A stretch of DNA of 64,000 nt, taken from positions 22,725 to 86,724 of the forward strand of contig DATMVE010000059.1 in NCBI GenBank assembly GCA_035563515.1, read 5' to 3'. Shown here in pieces: positions 43,892 to 54,363 of the stretch. Origin of the DNA: Pyrinomonadaceae bacterium. GTDB lineage: Bacteria > Acidobacteriota > Blastocatellia > Pyrinomonadales > Pyrinomonadaceae. The notes beneath the pieces are model-generated. The model was not told where the DNA came from. It saw only the letters and a list, made by a program, of their open reading frames with translations, and searched no databases. A program made the position numbers and the translations under genes. Each line of letters begins with the position of its first letter. The stretch's first letter is position 1.

Positions 43892-45280
43892 GTGGAACGT
43901 AAAGAGGCACGCATTCTGGTCATTGACGACGAACCGATGATGGCCGATTCGCTCAAGCAGAATCTGGCCGAGGAGGGCTACTCGGTTGACACCGCCGCCA
44001 CGGGTGCCGAGGCGATAGAGTATTTCGACCGCGGCGGTCACCACCTGGCGATCTGCGACCTGCAACTCCCCGACATGGACGGCCTCGAAGTCCTCAGGCA
44101 CATGAAGGACGTGCGGCCCGAGACGGAAGTCATCGTCGTCACGGGCTACGGCACGGTCGCGCGCGCCGTCGAGGCGACGAAGGCCGGCGCGTTCTACTTC
44201 GTCGAAAAGCCTTTCGACTTCGAGCAAATGCAGCCCCTGGTCGAGCGCGCCTTGGAGAGCCGCGAGTTGCGCGCCGAAACCAAGATGATGCGCGACCGTC
44301 TGGCGACTCGCGCCGAGTACTTCAACATCATCGGCGCGTCCAAGCAGATGCAGACCATCTACGAGACCATAGAGTCTGTCGCCAAGTCGGACGCCAACGT
44401 CCTCATCGTCGGCGAGTCTGGGACGGGCAAGGAGCTAATCGCCAACGCCATTCACTACAACTCGCTCCGCTCCAAGAAACCCTTCATCAAGGTCAACTGC
44501 GCCGCGCTCCCCAAAGAACTGATCGAGTCCGAACTCTTCGGCCACACGAAAGGCGCGTTCACCGGCGCGCACGCCGACAAGGAAGGCTTGGTGCAGCACG
44601 CGGCGGGCGGCTCGCTCATGCTGGACGAAATCGCCGAGATGCCGATTGAGCTTCAGCCGAAGCTCCTGCGCGTCCTGCAAGAGCGCAGCTACCGCAAGAT
44701 AGGCTCGGAGAAGACCTACGCCGTGGACTTCCGCCTCATCTGCTCCACGAACCGTCTCCCCGCCGACGCCATCCGCGACGGCCTGCTGCGCGACGACCTC
44801 TTCTACCGCATCTCGACCATCACGATTCACGTGCCCCCTCTGCGCGAGCGCGCCGAGGACACACAGCTTCTGACCGAGCATTTTTTGAAGATGTACTCGC
44901 AGAAGTACGACCGCCCCATCACCGGCGTCTCGCAGGCGGCCTACCAGCGACTCTTCTCGCACGCCTGGCCCGGCAACGTCCGCGAGTTGCAGAACGTCAT
45001 CGAGCGCGCGGTGCTGCTCGCCAAAAGCAACAAGATTGAGCCCGTGGACCTGCCTTTCGACAACGGGTCGCTGCCCGAGGGCTCGGCCCCGAGCGCCGAG
45101 TGGGACGTGCCGCCCAACATGACGCTCGAAGACATCGAGAAGCTCGTCATAGAGAAGACGCTCCAGCGCACGGGCGGCAACAAGCAGGCGGCCGCCAACC
45201 TGCTCGGCATCTACCGCCCGCGCCTCTACAGCAAGATCAGGAAGTACAAGATTGACGTCGCGCAGCTCGTCTCGCCCTGA
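43892..45280 (+). CDS. Sigma-54-dependent response regulator (NtrC family: REC, AAA+, Fis-type HTH)
   Basis: GTG start with AGGAG upstream. ICDLQLPDMDG receiver, GESGTGKE Walker A, GAFTGA loop, C-terminal AANLLGI HTH. Confidence 0.92.
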   Translation: MERKEARILVIDDEPMMADSLKQNLAEEGYSVDTAATGAEAIEYFDRGGHHLAICDLQLPDMDGLEVLRHMKDVRPETEVIVVTGYGTVARAVEATKAGAFYFVEKPFDFEQMQPLVERALESRELRAETKMMRDRLATRAEYFNIIGASKQMQTIYETIESVAKSDANVLIVGESGTGKELIANAIHYNSLRSKKPFIKVNCAALPKELIESELFGHTKGAFTGAHADKEGLVQHAAGGSLMLDEIAEMPIELQPKLLRVLQERSYRKIGSEKTYAVDFRLICSTNRLPADAIRDGLLRDDLFYRISTITIHVPPLRERAEDTQLLTEHFLKMYSQKYDRPITGVSQAAYQRLFSHAWPGNVRELQNVIERAVLLAKSNKIEPVDLPFDNGSLPEGSAPSAEWDVPPNMTLEDIEKLVIEKTLQRTGGNKQAAANLLGIYRPRLYSKIRKYKIDVAQLVSP

Positions 45281-45503
45281 GCCCTTTGCGTGCAGGCAGG
45301 GCCGTTATTTCTCAACTCACACTTAAATGAAAGGTGTCCGGGCGGCGCTCTCCTTCCCGTCAACGGCCGCGCCGCCCGCGCCCTTCACTCCCAGGCATCG
45401 ACCTCTCGCCTCGCGGTTCCAGACCGATTTGATGCCTCCCACGTTCCCTGAACCGGCTACATCCCGCGACCCCGTAGCCCGGCCCCTACCGAAGGAGGAA
45501 GTC

Positions 45504-47984
45504 ATGGCCGACTCTCAAGAAGTTTACACCTACCAGGCGGGCCAGAAAATCATTCTCAAGAAACAGCCGGACCAGTTCGTCGTCCGCGCCCTGCCGGACG
45601 AGTTGGAGGACTTGGGCGTCACGGACGCCGAGCAGGTCTCGTCCAGGTCGTCGCGCGTCACGACGCGCATCCCGGACCTGGAGCCCATGATGAGCGAGGC
45701 GCGCGAGTTGGCCCCGACCCACCACGCCTACTACCAGGCCGACACCGGCGAAGAGTTTCTCATCACAGACCGCGTGTTCGTCACCTTCCGCCGCCCCTTC
45801 ACGCCCGAAGAGGTCGACGCCTTCGCCGCGCGCTACGCGCTGCGAATCAAGGAAGCCTACTCCGAGCGCGAGTACCTCTTCCAGCTCACGAACCACACGG
45901 GGATGAACCCGGTGAAGCTGGTCGTCAAGATGACGGAGGAGGAGCCGCTGGTCGAGATCGCCGAGCACGACCTCAACCAGCGCGCCAACACTTACCAGGT
46001 GACGCTCCCGACCGACCCGTTCTACGCGCGCCAGTGGCACCTGCACACGCGCGTGACAGACCCTTTGTTCGACGCCCGCGCCTCGTCGCGCACCGAAGAG
46101 GCCTGGCAGGCGCTCGGCGGTTTCGGCAGCCCCGAAGTGGTCGTCGGCGTCACGGACGACGGCTGCAAGCTCGATCACACGGACTTCAACTCGCCCGACA
46201 AGTTCGCCGGCTGGGGCTATTTCCAGGGCGAGCGGCTCGTCAGGCAGACGGACATCGACGCCGTCCCGGCCAACATGTACCAGGCGGGCGCGAACCACGG
46301 GACATCCTGCGCGGGCGTCATCGCGGGCGAGGTGGACGCGGCCCTCATCGTCGGCGCGGCCCCGGCGTGCCGGCTGCTCCCCATCAAGTGGGAGTCTTCG
46401 GGCGCGAGCCTCTTCATCGGCGACTCGAAGATGATGACCGCGCTCGACTACGTCGCGGACAAGGTGGACGTGCTCTCGAACTCGTGGGGCGTCGTCCCGA
46501 CGAACCTGCGCTCGTCAGTGCTCAGGAACCGCATCGCGGAATTGGCACAGACCGGCGGGCGCCGGGGGCGCGGCATAGTCTTCCTCTGGGCCGCGGGCAA
46601 CGAGAGCTGCCCGATCAATCACAACGCGGCGCAGGACGTTCCCTTCACGAACGGGTGGAACGACACGCTCACCGCCTGGGTCGGCGTCAGGACCGCGCGC
46701 TCCTTCCGCAACAACCTGGCGGACGTGCCCGGCGTGATGCACGTCGCCGCGCTCGCCAGCAACGCGCAGCGCAGCCACTACTCCAACTACGGCACGGGCG
46801 TCACCCTCTGCGCGCCGACGAGCAACAGCCACCGCTTCCGGCGGCTTACCGTCCGCGGCCTCGGCGTCACCACGGCGACCGGCGAGACCTCAGGCTTCAC
46901 CGAAAGGTTCGGCGGCACGTCGAGCGCGACCCCGCTCGTCGCGGGCGTCGTGGCGCTGATGATCTCCGCCAACCCGGAGTTGACGGCGCTCGACGCCGTC
47001 TCGATTCTCAAGCGCACGGCCTCGAAGGCGCTGAACACGGACGGCTACGCGCGCACGCCGCCCGCGCCCTTCGACCCCACCCCGACCTGGGACGTTTCGC
47101 CCGTCGCCCCGTTCGACCGCGCGGACTTCGCGGACATAGGCGACCCCGAAGGAACCTGGAGCCCCTGGTTCGGCCACGGGAAGGTGGACGCCGCCAACGC
47201 CGTGGCCGAGAGCCTGCGCTTGCTCAACCCGCTCATCGCGCAGCCGCTGCGCTTCGCGTCCGCCCCGCAGCGGGCCATCCCAGACAACGCCCCCGCGGGC
47301 GTCGCGGACGTGATTCGCGTCGCAGACGCGGGCCGGGTCCGCGCCGTAAAAGTCAGCCTCGACATCACGCACACTTGGATAGGCGACCTGCGTGTCAGCC
47401 TCGCGGCCCCGGACGCGACGGTCGTCGTGCTTCACGACCGCTCCGGTGCCGACGGCGACAACATCAGGCGGACCTACGACACGATGGCCGCGCCCGCGCT
47501 CGCCGCGCTCAGCAACCACACCGCACAGGGCGACTGGACGCTACAGGTTCAGGACCTGGCCGCGCAGGATATTGGCACACTCAACAACTGGTCGCTGGAG
47601 ATAGCCGTCACGAGCGCGCCACTGGTCGCTGAGGACGCAGCCTCCGCCCAGATACCAGACAACGACGCGGCCGGCGTCTCCCGCGCGCTCGATCTGCCGA
47701 GCGGCACCATCAAGGACGTGAGCGTCTCCGTGGACATCACGCACACCTGGATAGGCGACCTGCTCGTCACCCTGACGCCGCCGGGCGGCGCGCCCATACG
47801 CCTGCACGACCGCACGGGTCGCGAAGCCGACAACATCATACGCACCTGGACATCCCAGGACACGACGGCCTTGCAGGCCCTGCGCGGCCAACAGGCCGGC
47901 GGCCCCTGGCGTCTCACGGTCGCAGACCTTGAGGCGCAGGACACGGGCAAGCTCAACCGCTGGAAGATCGAAGTCGCGGTCTAG
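45504..47984 (+). CDS. S8 subtilisin-family peptidase with two C-terminal proprotein-convertase P-domains; no signal peptide seen
   Basis: ATG 45504 has GAAGGAGGAA upstream. Catalytic VGVTDDG (Asp), HGTSCAGVIAG (His), GGTSSATPLVAG (Ser). Two DITHTWIGDL(R/L)V P-domain cores. Confidence 0.85.
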   Translation: MADSQEVYTYQAGQKIILKKQPDQFVVRALPDELEDLGVTDAEQVSSRSSRVTTRIPDLEPMMSEARELAPTHHAYYQADTGEEFLITDRVFVTFRRPFTPEEVDAFAARYALRIKEAYSEREYLFQLTNHTGMNPVKLVVKMTEEEPLVEIAEHDLNQRANTYQVTLPTDPFYARQWHLHTRVTDPLFDARASSRTEEAWQALGGFGSPEVVVGVTDDGCKLDHTDFNSPDKFAGWGYFQGERLVRQTDIDAVPANMYQAGANHGTSCAGVIAGEVDAALIVGAAPACRLLPIKWESSGASLFIGDSKMMTALDYVADKVDVLSNSWGVVPTNLRSSVLRNRIAELAQTGGRRGRGIVFLWAAGNESCPINHNAAQDVPFTNGWNDTLTAWVGVRTARSFRNNLADVPGVMHVAALASNAQRSHYSNYGTGVTLCAPTSNSHRFRRLTVRGLGVTTATGETSGFTERFGGTSSATPLVAGVVALMISANPELTALDAVSILKRTASKALNTDGYARTPPAPFDPTPTWDVSPVAPFDRADFADIGDPEGTWSPWFGHGKVDAANAVAESLRLLNPLIAQPLRFASAPQRAIPDNAPAGVADVIRVADAGRVRAVKVSLDITHTWIGDLRVSLAAPDATVVVLHDRSGADGDNIRRTYDTMAAPALAALSNHTAQGDWTLQVQDLAAQDIGTLNNWSLEIAVTSAPLVAEDAASAQIPDNDAAGVSRALDLPSGTIKDVSVSVDITHTWIGDLLVTLTPPGGAPIRLHDRTGREADNIIRTWTSQDTTALQALRGQQAGGPWRLTVADLEAQDTGKLNRWKIEVAV

Positions 47985-47987
47985 AAG

Positions 47988-48071
47988 CAACGATGAATGC
48001 GGAATGATGAATGATGAATTAAAAGGCTTTTGTTTTTCTATTCATCATTCATCATTCCGCATTCATCGTTG
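47988..48071. terminator. Perfect 32-bp heptamer-built hairpin (GATGAAT words) between convergent genes
   Basis: 47988-48019 is the exact reverse complement of 48040-48071. Confidence 0.75.
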
Positions 48072-48073
48072 AT

Positions 48074-48448
48074 TTAATCTACCTGGTAGGTGGCGACGCT
48101 CGTCGGCGTCTCGAAGCAGCGGACTTTGTAGACCTGTACACGCTCGTCGCCGACGCGGGAGGCGACGCGTTCGAGGATGTAGCGCGCGAGGTTCTCGGCC
48201 GAGGGGTTCAATTCCACGTCGAACGGCGGGAGTTCGTTGATGTTGCGGTGATCAAGGTACTGCACGACCTCGTCGGCCGCGTCCTTCAGCTCGCCGAAGT
48301 CGACCAGCAACCCTATGTTGTCCAACTCGCGCCCGCGCGCGTAGATTTCGATCTTATAATTGTGCCCGTGTAGGTTCTCGCACTTCCCTTTATAGCCGCG
48401 CAACTGGTGCGCGCTCGAAAAGTTGCGCTCGATCATCACTTCAAACAT
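48074..48448 (-). CDS. queD: 6-carboxy-5,6,7,8-tetrahydropterin synthase QueD
   Basis: ATG 48448. FSSAHQLRGYKGKCENLHGHNYKIE motif. Confidence 0.88.
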   Translation of the reverse strand: MFEVMIERNFSSAHQLRGYKGKCENLHGHNYKIEIYARGRELDNIGLLVDFGELKDAADEVVQYLDHRNINELPPFDVELNPSAENLARYILERVASRVGDERVQVYKVRCFETPTSVATYQVD

Positions 48449-48509
48449 AGCCCGAAGTCTAAAGTCGAAAGTCCGAACTCGCAAGCCTGGAGATTGAGTC
48501 CCGGGCGGC

Positions 48510-50480
48510 TCACCTAACCATCCTGACTTTGGACTCTTCGAAGACGGCCGCGAGGTCCGCGATGTCGGAAGTCACGCGGCACGGCGGCAGACTTTCCAGG
48601 AACAGGCGGCCGTAGGCTTTAGTCTTCAACCTGGGGTCGAGCACGGCGAGCACGCCGCGGTCGGTCGTGCTGCGAATCAGCCGCCCCAGCCCTTGCTTCA
48701 GGCTGATGATCGCCTGCGGCACGCTGTACTCGTAAAAACTCGAACCGCCCTGGTCTTCTATGTAGCGCTGGCGCGCGGCGACGACCGGGTCCGAGGGCAC
48801 AGCGAACGGCAGCTTGTCTATGATGACGCACGAGAGTTGCTGCCCGCGCACGTCCACGCCCTGCCAGAAGCTCGACGTGGCGAAGAGCACGGCATTCGGC
48901 GTCTCGCGGAACTTTTCCAAAAGCCCCGCCTTCGACGCCGTGCCCTGCAGGAAGCACGGGAAGTCGACCTCGTCCGCGACCCTTTCGTAGAGCGCGTTCA
49001 TCCCCGCGAAGCTCGTCGAGAGCACGAAGGCGCGCCCCTCGGTCGCGTTGAGGAGATTGATGACCTCCTCGGCGGCCGCGTCCGCGAACTGCGGCGAGCG
49101 CGGGTCCGGCATCCGCCGCGGGAGATACAAGACCGACTGGCTCTCGTAATCGTAGCCCGAGGGCGCGACCAAATCTTCGGCCTCCGCGAGTCCGAGTCGC
49201 TCGCGTATGAAGTTGAAGCTGCCGGCGCTCGCGAGCGTCGCCGATGTCAGGACGACCGTCTCGACCCGGTCGAACAGCTTGTCTTGCAGCAGGCCCGACA
49301 CGTCGATGGGCGAGGCGCGCAGGAACGCCCCGCGCCCGCGGCGTTCGAGCCAGTAGACGAAGTGCTTGTCGTCGCCGGCCACTATGAACTGCAAGTCGAA
49401 GCGGACTTGCCGTATGCGCCGCAAAAGATTCTCGACTTCGAGCGGCTGCTCTGGGAGCGCGTCGAGCGTGGTCTCAAGCCTCCCGAGCGCGCCGTCCAGG
49501 CTGAGGTAGGCGTCTCCCAGAGGCGTCGCCTCTATCTCGCCGTCCGTCCGCTTGCGCGCGAACGTGCCCGGCAGGACGGGCGAGCGCCCCTCCTCGCCGC
49601 GCCCCTCGCGGAAGCCCATCCAGAAGTTGTCCGAAAAGCGCGTCAGCCGCGCGGCCGTGCGCGTCAGCTCGCGGTTCGCGTCCACGTTCGTCAGCGGGAG
49701 CTGTGCCAGATCGCGCACGAGGTCTTCCATCTGGTAGCTCGAAACCTGCGCGCCGAAGTACTCCGCGGCCACGTCCTCTATCTGGTGCGCCTCGTCGAAG
49801 ATGACGGCCGAGTAGTCCGGGAGCACCTGCCCGTACTCGCTGTTGCGGAGCGCGAGGTCCGCGAAGAAGAGGTGGTGGTTGACGATGACGATGTCTGCGT
49901 CCGTCGCGCGCTGGCGCATGCGCGTGATGAAGCAGGGGTCGTAGTCCGGGCACTTTTGGCCCATACAAATCTCCGTCCGCGCGTCTATGTGCCGCCAGAA
50001 GGAGAGGTTCTCGGGCAGCGCGGTCAGCTCCGCGCGGTCGCCCGTCTGCGACTCGCGCGCCCACCGGCGCACCTCGTCGAAGTAGTCCAGCTCGTCCAGG
50101 CCGTCGAGCACGGGCGAGTTCTCCGCGCGCTTGATGCGTTGCAGGCAGGCGTAATTCCCGCGCCCCTTCATGTACGCGGCCGTGAACTTTCGCGGCAGCA
50201 CCTGCTGTAGAAAAGGGACGTCCTTCTCCATCAACTGCTCTTGCAGGTTCTTCGTCCCCGTCGAGATGATGACGCGCGTCTTGCGCGCCGTCGCCGCCGC
50301 AATCGCCGGGACGAGGTAGGCGAGCGTCTTGCCCGTGCCCGTGCCCGCCTCGACAATCAGGTGGCGCTTCTCCTCGAACGCGCGCAGGACCGCCTCGGCC
50401 ATCTGAACCTGGCCCGGCCTGTACTCGTACTCAGGATGCGCCCGAGCGATTAACCCATCTGGGCCGAAAATTTCTTCCAT
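48510..50480 (-). CDS. DinG/XPD-like ATP-dependent DNA helicase (Fe-S type)
   Basis: AGTGTGKT Walker A, FDEAH box, four Cys between motifs I and II, C-terminal helicase motifs. Confidence 0.85.
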   Translation of the reverse strand: MEEIFGPDGLIARAHPEYEYRPGQVQMAEAVLRAFEEKRHLIVEAGTGTGKTLAYLVPAIAAATARKTRVIISTGTKNLQEQLMEKDVPFLQQVLPRKFTAAYMKGRGNYACLQRIKRAENSPVLDGLDELDYFDEVRRWARESQTGDRAELTALPENLSFWRHIDARTEICMGQKCPDYDPCFITRMRQRATDADIVIVNHHLFFADLALRNSEYGQVLPDYSAVIFDEAHQIEDVAAEYFGAQVSSYQMEDLVRDLAQLPLTNVDANRELTRTAARLTRFSDNFWMGFREGRGEEGRSPVLPGTFARKRTDGEIEATPLGDAYLSLDGALGRLETTLDALPEQPLEVENLLRRIRQVRFDLQFIVAGDDKHFVYWLERRGRGAFLRASPIDVSGLLQDKLFDRVETVVLTSATLASAGSFNFIRERLGLAEAEDLVAPSGYDYESQSVLYLPRRMPDPRSPQFADAAAEEVINLLNATEGRAFVLSTSFAGMNALYERVADEVDFPCFLQGTASKAGLLEKFRETPNAVLFATSSFWQGVDVRGQQLSCVIIDKLPFAVPSDPVVAARQRYIEDQGGSSFYEYSVPQAIISLKQGLGRLIRSTTDRGVLAVLDPRLKTKAYGRLFLESLPPCRVTSDIADLAAVFEESKVRMVR

Positions 50481-50492
50481 GCTGAGATAATT

Positions 50493-51800
50493 CTAATCCG
50501 CGCCCATCGCTTCCGGCTGCGGCGCTGGCTGTTTGAGGCGCTGCGGGTAGAGCGGGAAGCGTGACGCAAGCTCTGAGACTTCCCGGCGGACTTTGTTGCG
50601 CACGTCTTCGGACTGCGGGTCGTGCATGACTTCCGCGATGAGGCGGCCGACCACGCGCATCTCCTCCTCGCGCATCCCGCGCGTCGTGAGCGCGGGCGTG
50701 CCGATGCGTATGCCGGAGGTGACGAAGGGCTTGTTGGTGTCGAACGGGATGGTGTTCTTGTTGACGGTGATGTGCGCGGCTTCGAGCGCCTTCTCGGCGT
50801 CCTTGCCGGTGATCCCCTTCCCGCCCATGAACACGTCGACGAGCATCAGGTGGTTGTCCGTCCCGCCGGAGACGATGCGCAAGCCCTGCTCGGCCAGCGC
50901 GGAGGCGAGCGCCTCCGCGTTCTTGAGAACCTGTCGCTGGTACTCCTTGAAGTCGTCGCGCAAGGCTTCGCCGAAGGCGACCGCTTTGGCCGCGATGATG
51001 TGCACGAGCGGGCCGCCCTGCACGCCCGGGAAGAGCTTGCGGTTGACTTCGGCCGCGTGCTCTTCCTTGCAGAGAATCAGGCCGCCGCGCGGGCCGCGCA
51101 AGGTCTTGTGCGTGGTGGTCGTGACGTAATCCGCGTGCGGCACGGGCGACGGGTGAAGGCCCGCCGCGATGGGGCCCGCGATGTGCGCGATGTCCGCGAA
51201 CATGCGCGCGCCGACGCCCTTGGCGATCTGGCCTATCCGCTCGAAGTCTATCGTCCGCGGGTACGCGCTCGCGCCGCAGACGATGAGCTTCGGCTTGTGC
51301 TCTTCGGCGATGCGTTGCAGCTCGTCGTAGTCAATCTGCTCCGTCTCGCGCGAGACGCCGTAGTCCGCGACCTTGTAGCTCAGGCCCGAGAAATTCATCG
51401 GGTGGCCGTGCGTCAGGTGGCCGCCGTGCGAGAGGTTCATGCCGAGAATCTGGTCGCCGTAGGAGATGGCGGCGAGGTAGACGGACATGTTGGCCTGCGC
51501 GCCCGAGTGCGGCTGGACGTTGGCGTGGTCGGCCCCGAAGAGTTCCTTCGCGCGGTCTATCGCCGCCTGCTCGACCACGTCCGTCCACTCGCACCCGCCG
51601 TAGTAACGCTTCTTCGGATACCCTTCGGCGTACTTGTTCGTGAAGACGGAGCCCATCGCTTCGAGCACCGCCTCGCTGACGAAGTTCTCCGAGGCGATCA
51701 GCTCAAGCCCCTCCGCCTGCCGCCTGACCTCGCTGTCGATGGCGTCGCTGATTAAAGGGTCAACCTCCGCAAGGCGCGCGTTCATACGTTCGTTCATCAT
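50493..51800 (-). CDS. glyA: Serine hydroxymethyltransferase
   Basis: [18 protein letters not shown] and [14 protein letters not shown] (PLP Lys) motifs. Confidence 0.95.
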   Translation of the reverse strand: MMNERMNARLAEVDPLISDAIDSEVRRQAEGLELIASENFVSEAVLEAMGSVFTNKYAEGYPKKRYYGGCEWTDVVEQAAIDRAKELFGADHANVQPHSGAQANMSVYLAAISYGDQILGMNLSHGGHLTHGHPMNFSGLSYKVADYGVSRETEQIDYDELQRIAEEHKPKLIVCGASAYPRTIDFERIGQIAKGVGARMFADIAHIAGPIAAGLHPSPVPHADYVTTTTHKTLRGPRGGLILCKEEHAAEVNRKLFPGVQGGPLVHIIAAKAVAFGEALRDDFKEYQRQVLKNAEALASALAEQGLRIVSGGTDNHLMLVDVFMGGKGITGKDAEKALEAAHITVNKNTIPFDTNKPFVTSGIRIGTPALTTRGMREEEMRVVGRLIAEVMHDPQSEDVRNKVRREVSELASRFPLYPQRLKQPAPQPEAMGAD

Positions 51801-52258
51801 CTCTCCTCTGTGGGCGATTGCGATTCTTCGAGCTGTCTGATTTTATCTACACGCTGACCGTGGCGGCCGCCGTCGAAGGCCGTGCTGAACCAGGCGCGGA
51901 CGATTTTGGGAATCTCTTCGGGGGGCGTGGTGCGCGCGCCGAGGGCCAGGACGTTGGCGTCGTTGTGTCGGCGGGCGAGCCGCGCGGTCTCCTCGGACCA
52001 GGCGACGGCCGCGCGCACGCCCTGCACTTTGTTGGCGGCTATCGCCATCCCCGTGCCCGAGCCGCAGACGAGCACGCCCTGCTCGGCCTCCCCGCGTGCG
52101 ACGCGCGCGGCGACCAGTGCCGCGTAGTCCGGGTAATCAACAGACTCTTCGGAGACCGTGCCGAGGTCCTCGACTTCCAGGCCCAGATCAATGAGCAGCG
52201 GCTTCAGTCGTTCCTTCTCCGCGTAGCCCGCGTGGTCGCTGGCGAGCGCAATTTTCAT
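51797..52258 (-). CDS. rpiB: Ribose-5-phosphate isomerase B
   Basis: ATG 52258. [12 protein letters not shown] and [16 protein letters not shown] motifs. Its stop overlaps the glyA start (ATGA). Confidence 0.9.
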   Translation of the reverse strand: MKIALASDHAGYAEKERLKPLLIDLGLEVEDLGTVSEESVDYPDYAALVAARVARGEAEQGVLVCGSGTGMAIAANKVQGVRAAVAWSEETARLARRHNDANVLALGARTTPPEEIPKIVRAWFSTAFDGGRHGQRVDKIRQLEESQSPTEER

Positions 52259-52338
52259 GGCGTTCCGGCCTCGTTCATGGGCTGTCGAAAGGCGTGCAAG
52301 ACGCTGATGGTACATCACGCGCGAGACGCCCGCAACAA

Positions 52339-52443
52339 GGCAGTAGGCAGCGGGCAGCGGGCAGCGGGCAGTTAAAGAAAAAAGCTCAACGCAGCTCGCC
52401 GCTCGTTCTTCACCGCCCGCTGCCCGCTGCCTGCTGCCTACTG
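52339..52443. repeat. Heptamer-built hairpin element (GGCAGCG words) in the divergent rpiB/proS promoter region
   Basis: The left arm 52339-52376 ends in GGCAGTTAAAG. The loop contains AAAGCTCAACGCaGCTCG, shared with the element at 60042. Right arm at 52411-52443. Confidence 0.8.
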
Positions 52444-52526
52444 TCTTCCGGCGTTTGCCTTACGCGCCGCTGCTTTGCGAGAATGAGCGGCGGACAAATC
52501 ATCTCGCTGCCGAGGAGCCCCGTCTT

Positions 52527-54275
52527 ATGCGCTGGTCGCAATTTTTCATCCCCACACTTCGCGAAGTCCCCGCCGACGCGGAGGTCGTCTCGCACCGCCT
52601 GCTCCTGCGCGCAGGGATGGTGCGCCAACTGGCCGCAGGCGTCTACTCGCTTCTGCCGCTCGCGCAACGCGTCTCGCTCAAGATTCAGCAAATCCTGCGC
52701 GAGGAGATGAACCGCATCGGCGGCCAGGAGTTCTTCCTGCCCGCGCTCAACCCGCGCGAGATTTGGGAGGAGTCCGGCCGCTGGGCCGTGATGGGCGACA
52801 ACATGTTTCGGCTCAAAGACCGCAAGGGCGCGGACATGTGTCTGGGCATGACGCACGAGGAGGTCTTCACCTCGATTGCGCGCAACGAGATTCGCTCCTA
52901 CAAGCAACTGCCGCAGGTCTGGTATCAGATTCAGGTGAAATTCCGCGACGAGGCGCGCCCCAAGTCGGGCGTCCTGCGCGTCCGCCAGTTCATCATGAAG
53001 GACGCCTACTCGTTCGACCTCGACCAGGCGGGCCAGGACAAGTCTTTCGAGGACCAGCGCGAAGCCTACAAGCGCATCTTCGACCGCTGCGGGCTGAAGT
53101 ACACCATCGTCGAAGCCTCTTCGGGCGCGATGGGCGGCTCCGCCTCCAACGAGTTCATGGTCAAGACGGACGCGGGCGAGGATTTAATCGCGACGTGCGA
53201 GAGCTGCGGCTACGCGGCGAACCTGGAGAAAGCCACGTCGCGTCTGCCCGAGATCAAAGACGGCATCGGCCTGGACGCGCCCGTCGAGTTTCCCACGCCC
53301 GGCGTGCGCACGATTGAAGACCTCGTGACGTTCCCCGGCGGGGCGACGGCCGACCGGCAGATTAAGACGCTCGTCTACGTCGCGACCCGCGAGGGCGAAC
53401 AGGAGTTCGTGCTCGCGCTCCTGCGCGGCGACCACCAGTTGCACGAGACGAAGCTCTCGGACGCGCTCGCGGGCGCTGAGATGCGCGCGGCCCACCCCGA
53501 AGAGATACGCGACCTGCTCGGGGCCGGCGCGGGCAGTCTCGGCGGCGTCGGCGCGAAGGCGCGCGCCCGCGAGCAGGGCCGCGAGGTTCGCATCCTCGCC
53601 GACCTCGGCTTGAAGAACCGGCGCAACATGACGACGGGCGCGAACAAGGACGACCACCACCTGCGCGGCGTGCAGCTCTCGCGCGACATCCCCGTGGACA
53701 AGTGGGTTGACCTGCGCACGGTTGCGAGCGGCGAGGGCTGCCCGAATTGCGGCGAGGGCACGCTCGAAGTCGCCAAGTCGCTTGAGATCGGCCACATCTT
53801 CAAGCTCGGGACGAAGTATTCCGAGTCGATGGGCGCGACCGTGCTGACGCAGGACGGCCGCGAGGTGCCGATTGTGATGGGCAGCTACGGGATAGGCGTC
53901 GAGCGCATCATGGCCTCGGCCATCGAGCTGCACCACGACGCGGACGGCATCATCTGGCCGAAGGCGATTGCGCCCTTCGACTGCGTCGTCACCGTCACCA
54001 ACATGAAGCAGGATGACATACGCGAGGCGGGCGAAAGGCTCTACCACGACTTGCAGCGCGCCGGGCTCGACGTGCTCCTGGACGACCGCGAGGAGCGCGC
54101 CGGCGTCAAGTTCAAGGACGCGGACTTGATCGGCATCCCCTACCGCATCACCGTCGGCAAGAAGGTCGCGGACGGCGCGATTGAACTTTTCGACCGCGCC
54201 ACGAAGCAGACAGAGGACGTGAGACTCAAAGACATAGTCGAGCGCGTACAGGCGCTGGCGCTCGCGGGGCTCTGA
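52527..54275 (+). CDS. proS: Proline--tRNA ligase
   Basis: ATG 52527. [35 protein letters not shown] and class II motifs. Confidence 0.95.
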   Translation: MRWSQFFIPTLREVPADAEVVSHRLLLRAGMVRQLAAGVYSLLPLAQRVSLKIQQILREEMNRIGGQEFFLPALNPREIWEESGRWAVMGDNMFRLKDRKGADMCLGMTHEEVFTSIARNEIRSYKQLPQVWYQIQVKFRDEARPKSGVLRVRQFIMKDAYSFDLDQAGQDKSFEDQREAYKRIFDRCGLKYTIVEASSGAMGGSASNEFMVKTDAGEDLIATCESCGYAANLEKATSRLPEIKDGIGLDAPVEFPTPGVRTIEDLVTFPGGATADRQIKTLVYVATREGEQEFVLALLRGDHQLHETKLSDALAGAEMRAAHPEEIRDLLGAGAGSLGGVGAKARAREQGREVRILADLGLKNRRNMTTGANKDDHHLRGVQLSRDIPVDKWVDLRTVASGEGCPNCGEGTLEVAKSLEIGHIFKLGTKYSESMGATVLTQDGREVPIVMGSYGIGVERIMASAIELHHDADGIIWPKAIAPFDCVVTVTNMKQDDIREAGERLYHDLQRAGLDVLLDDREERAGVKFKDADLIGIPYRITVGKKVADGAIELFDRATKQTEDVRLKDIVERVQALALAGL

Positions 54276-54281
54276 GGGCTC

Positions 54282-54336
54282 GTGAATCGTGGAATCGTAG
54301 AAACCGTCGTTCTTCAATTCACGATTTACGATTCAC
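54282..54336. repeat. Imperfect hairpin built from GTGAATCG/TTCACGAT words
   Basis: Arm 54282-54302 pairs with 54313-54336. Same word as the array at 43815. Confidence 0.65.
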
Positions 54337-54363
54337 CATCCACGTCCTTTTTGAGAGGTGAGC

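Noticed and set aside
48074-50480. queD next to a DinG-like helicase as a possible 7-deazaguanine DNA-modification (Dpd-like) module
   Set aside because: No dpdA/tgt-like, queC or queE genes or other Dpd components are nearby. The genes continue into the glyA-rpiB housekeeping operon.
48693-51755. Long plus-strand ORFs 48693..50210 and 50622..51755
   Set aside because: They are antisense shadows of the DinG-like helicase and glyA, both of which carry diagnostic motifs.
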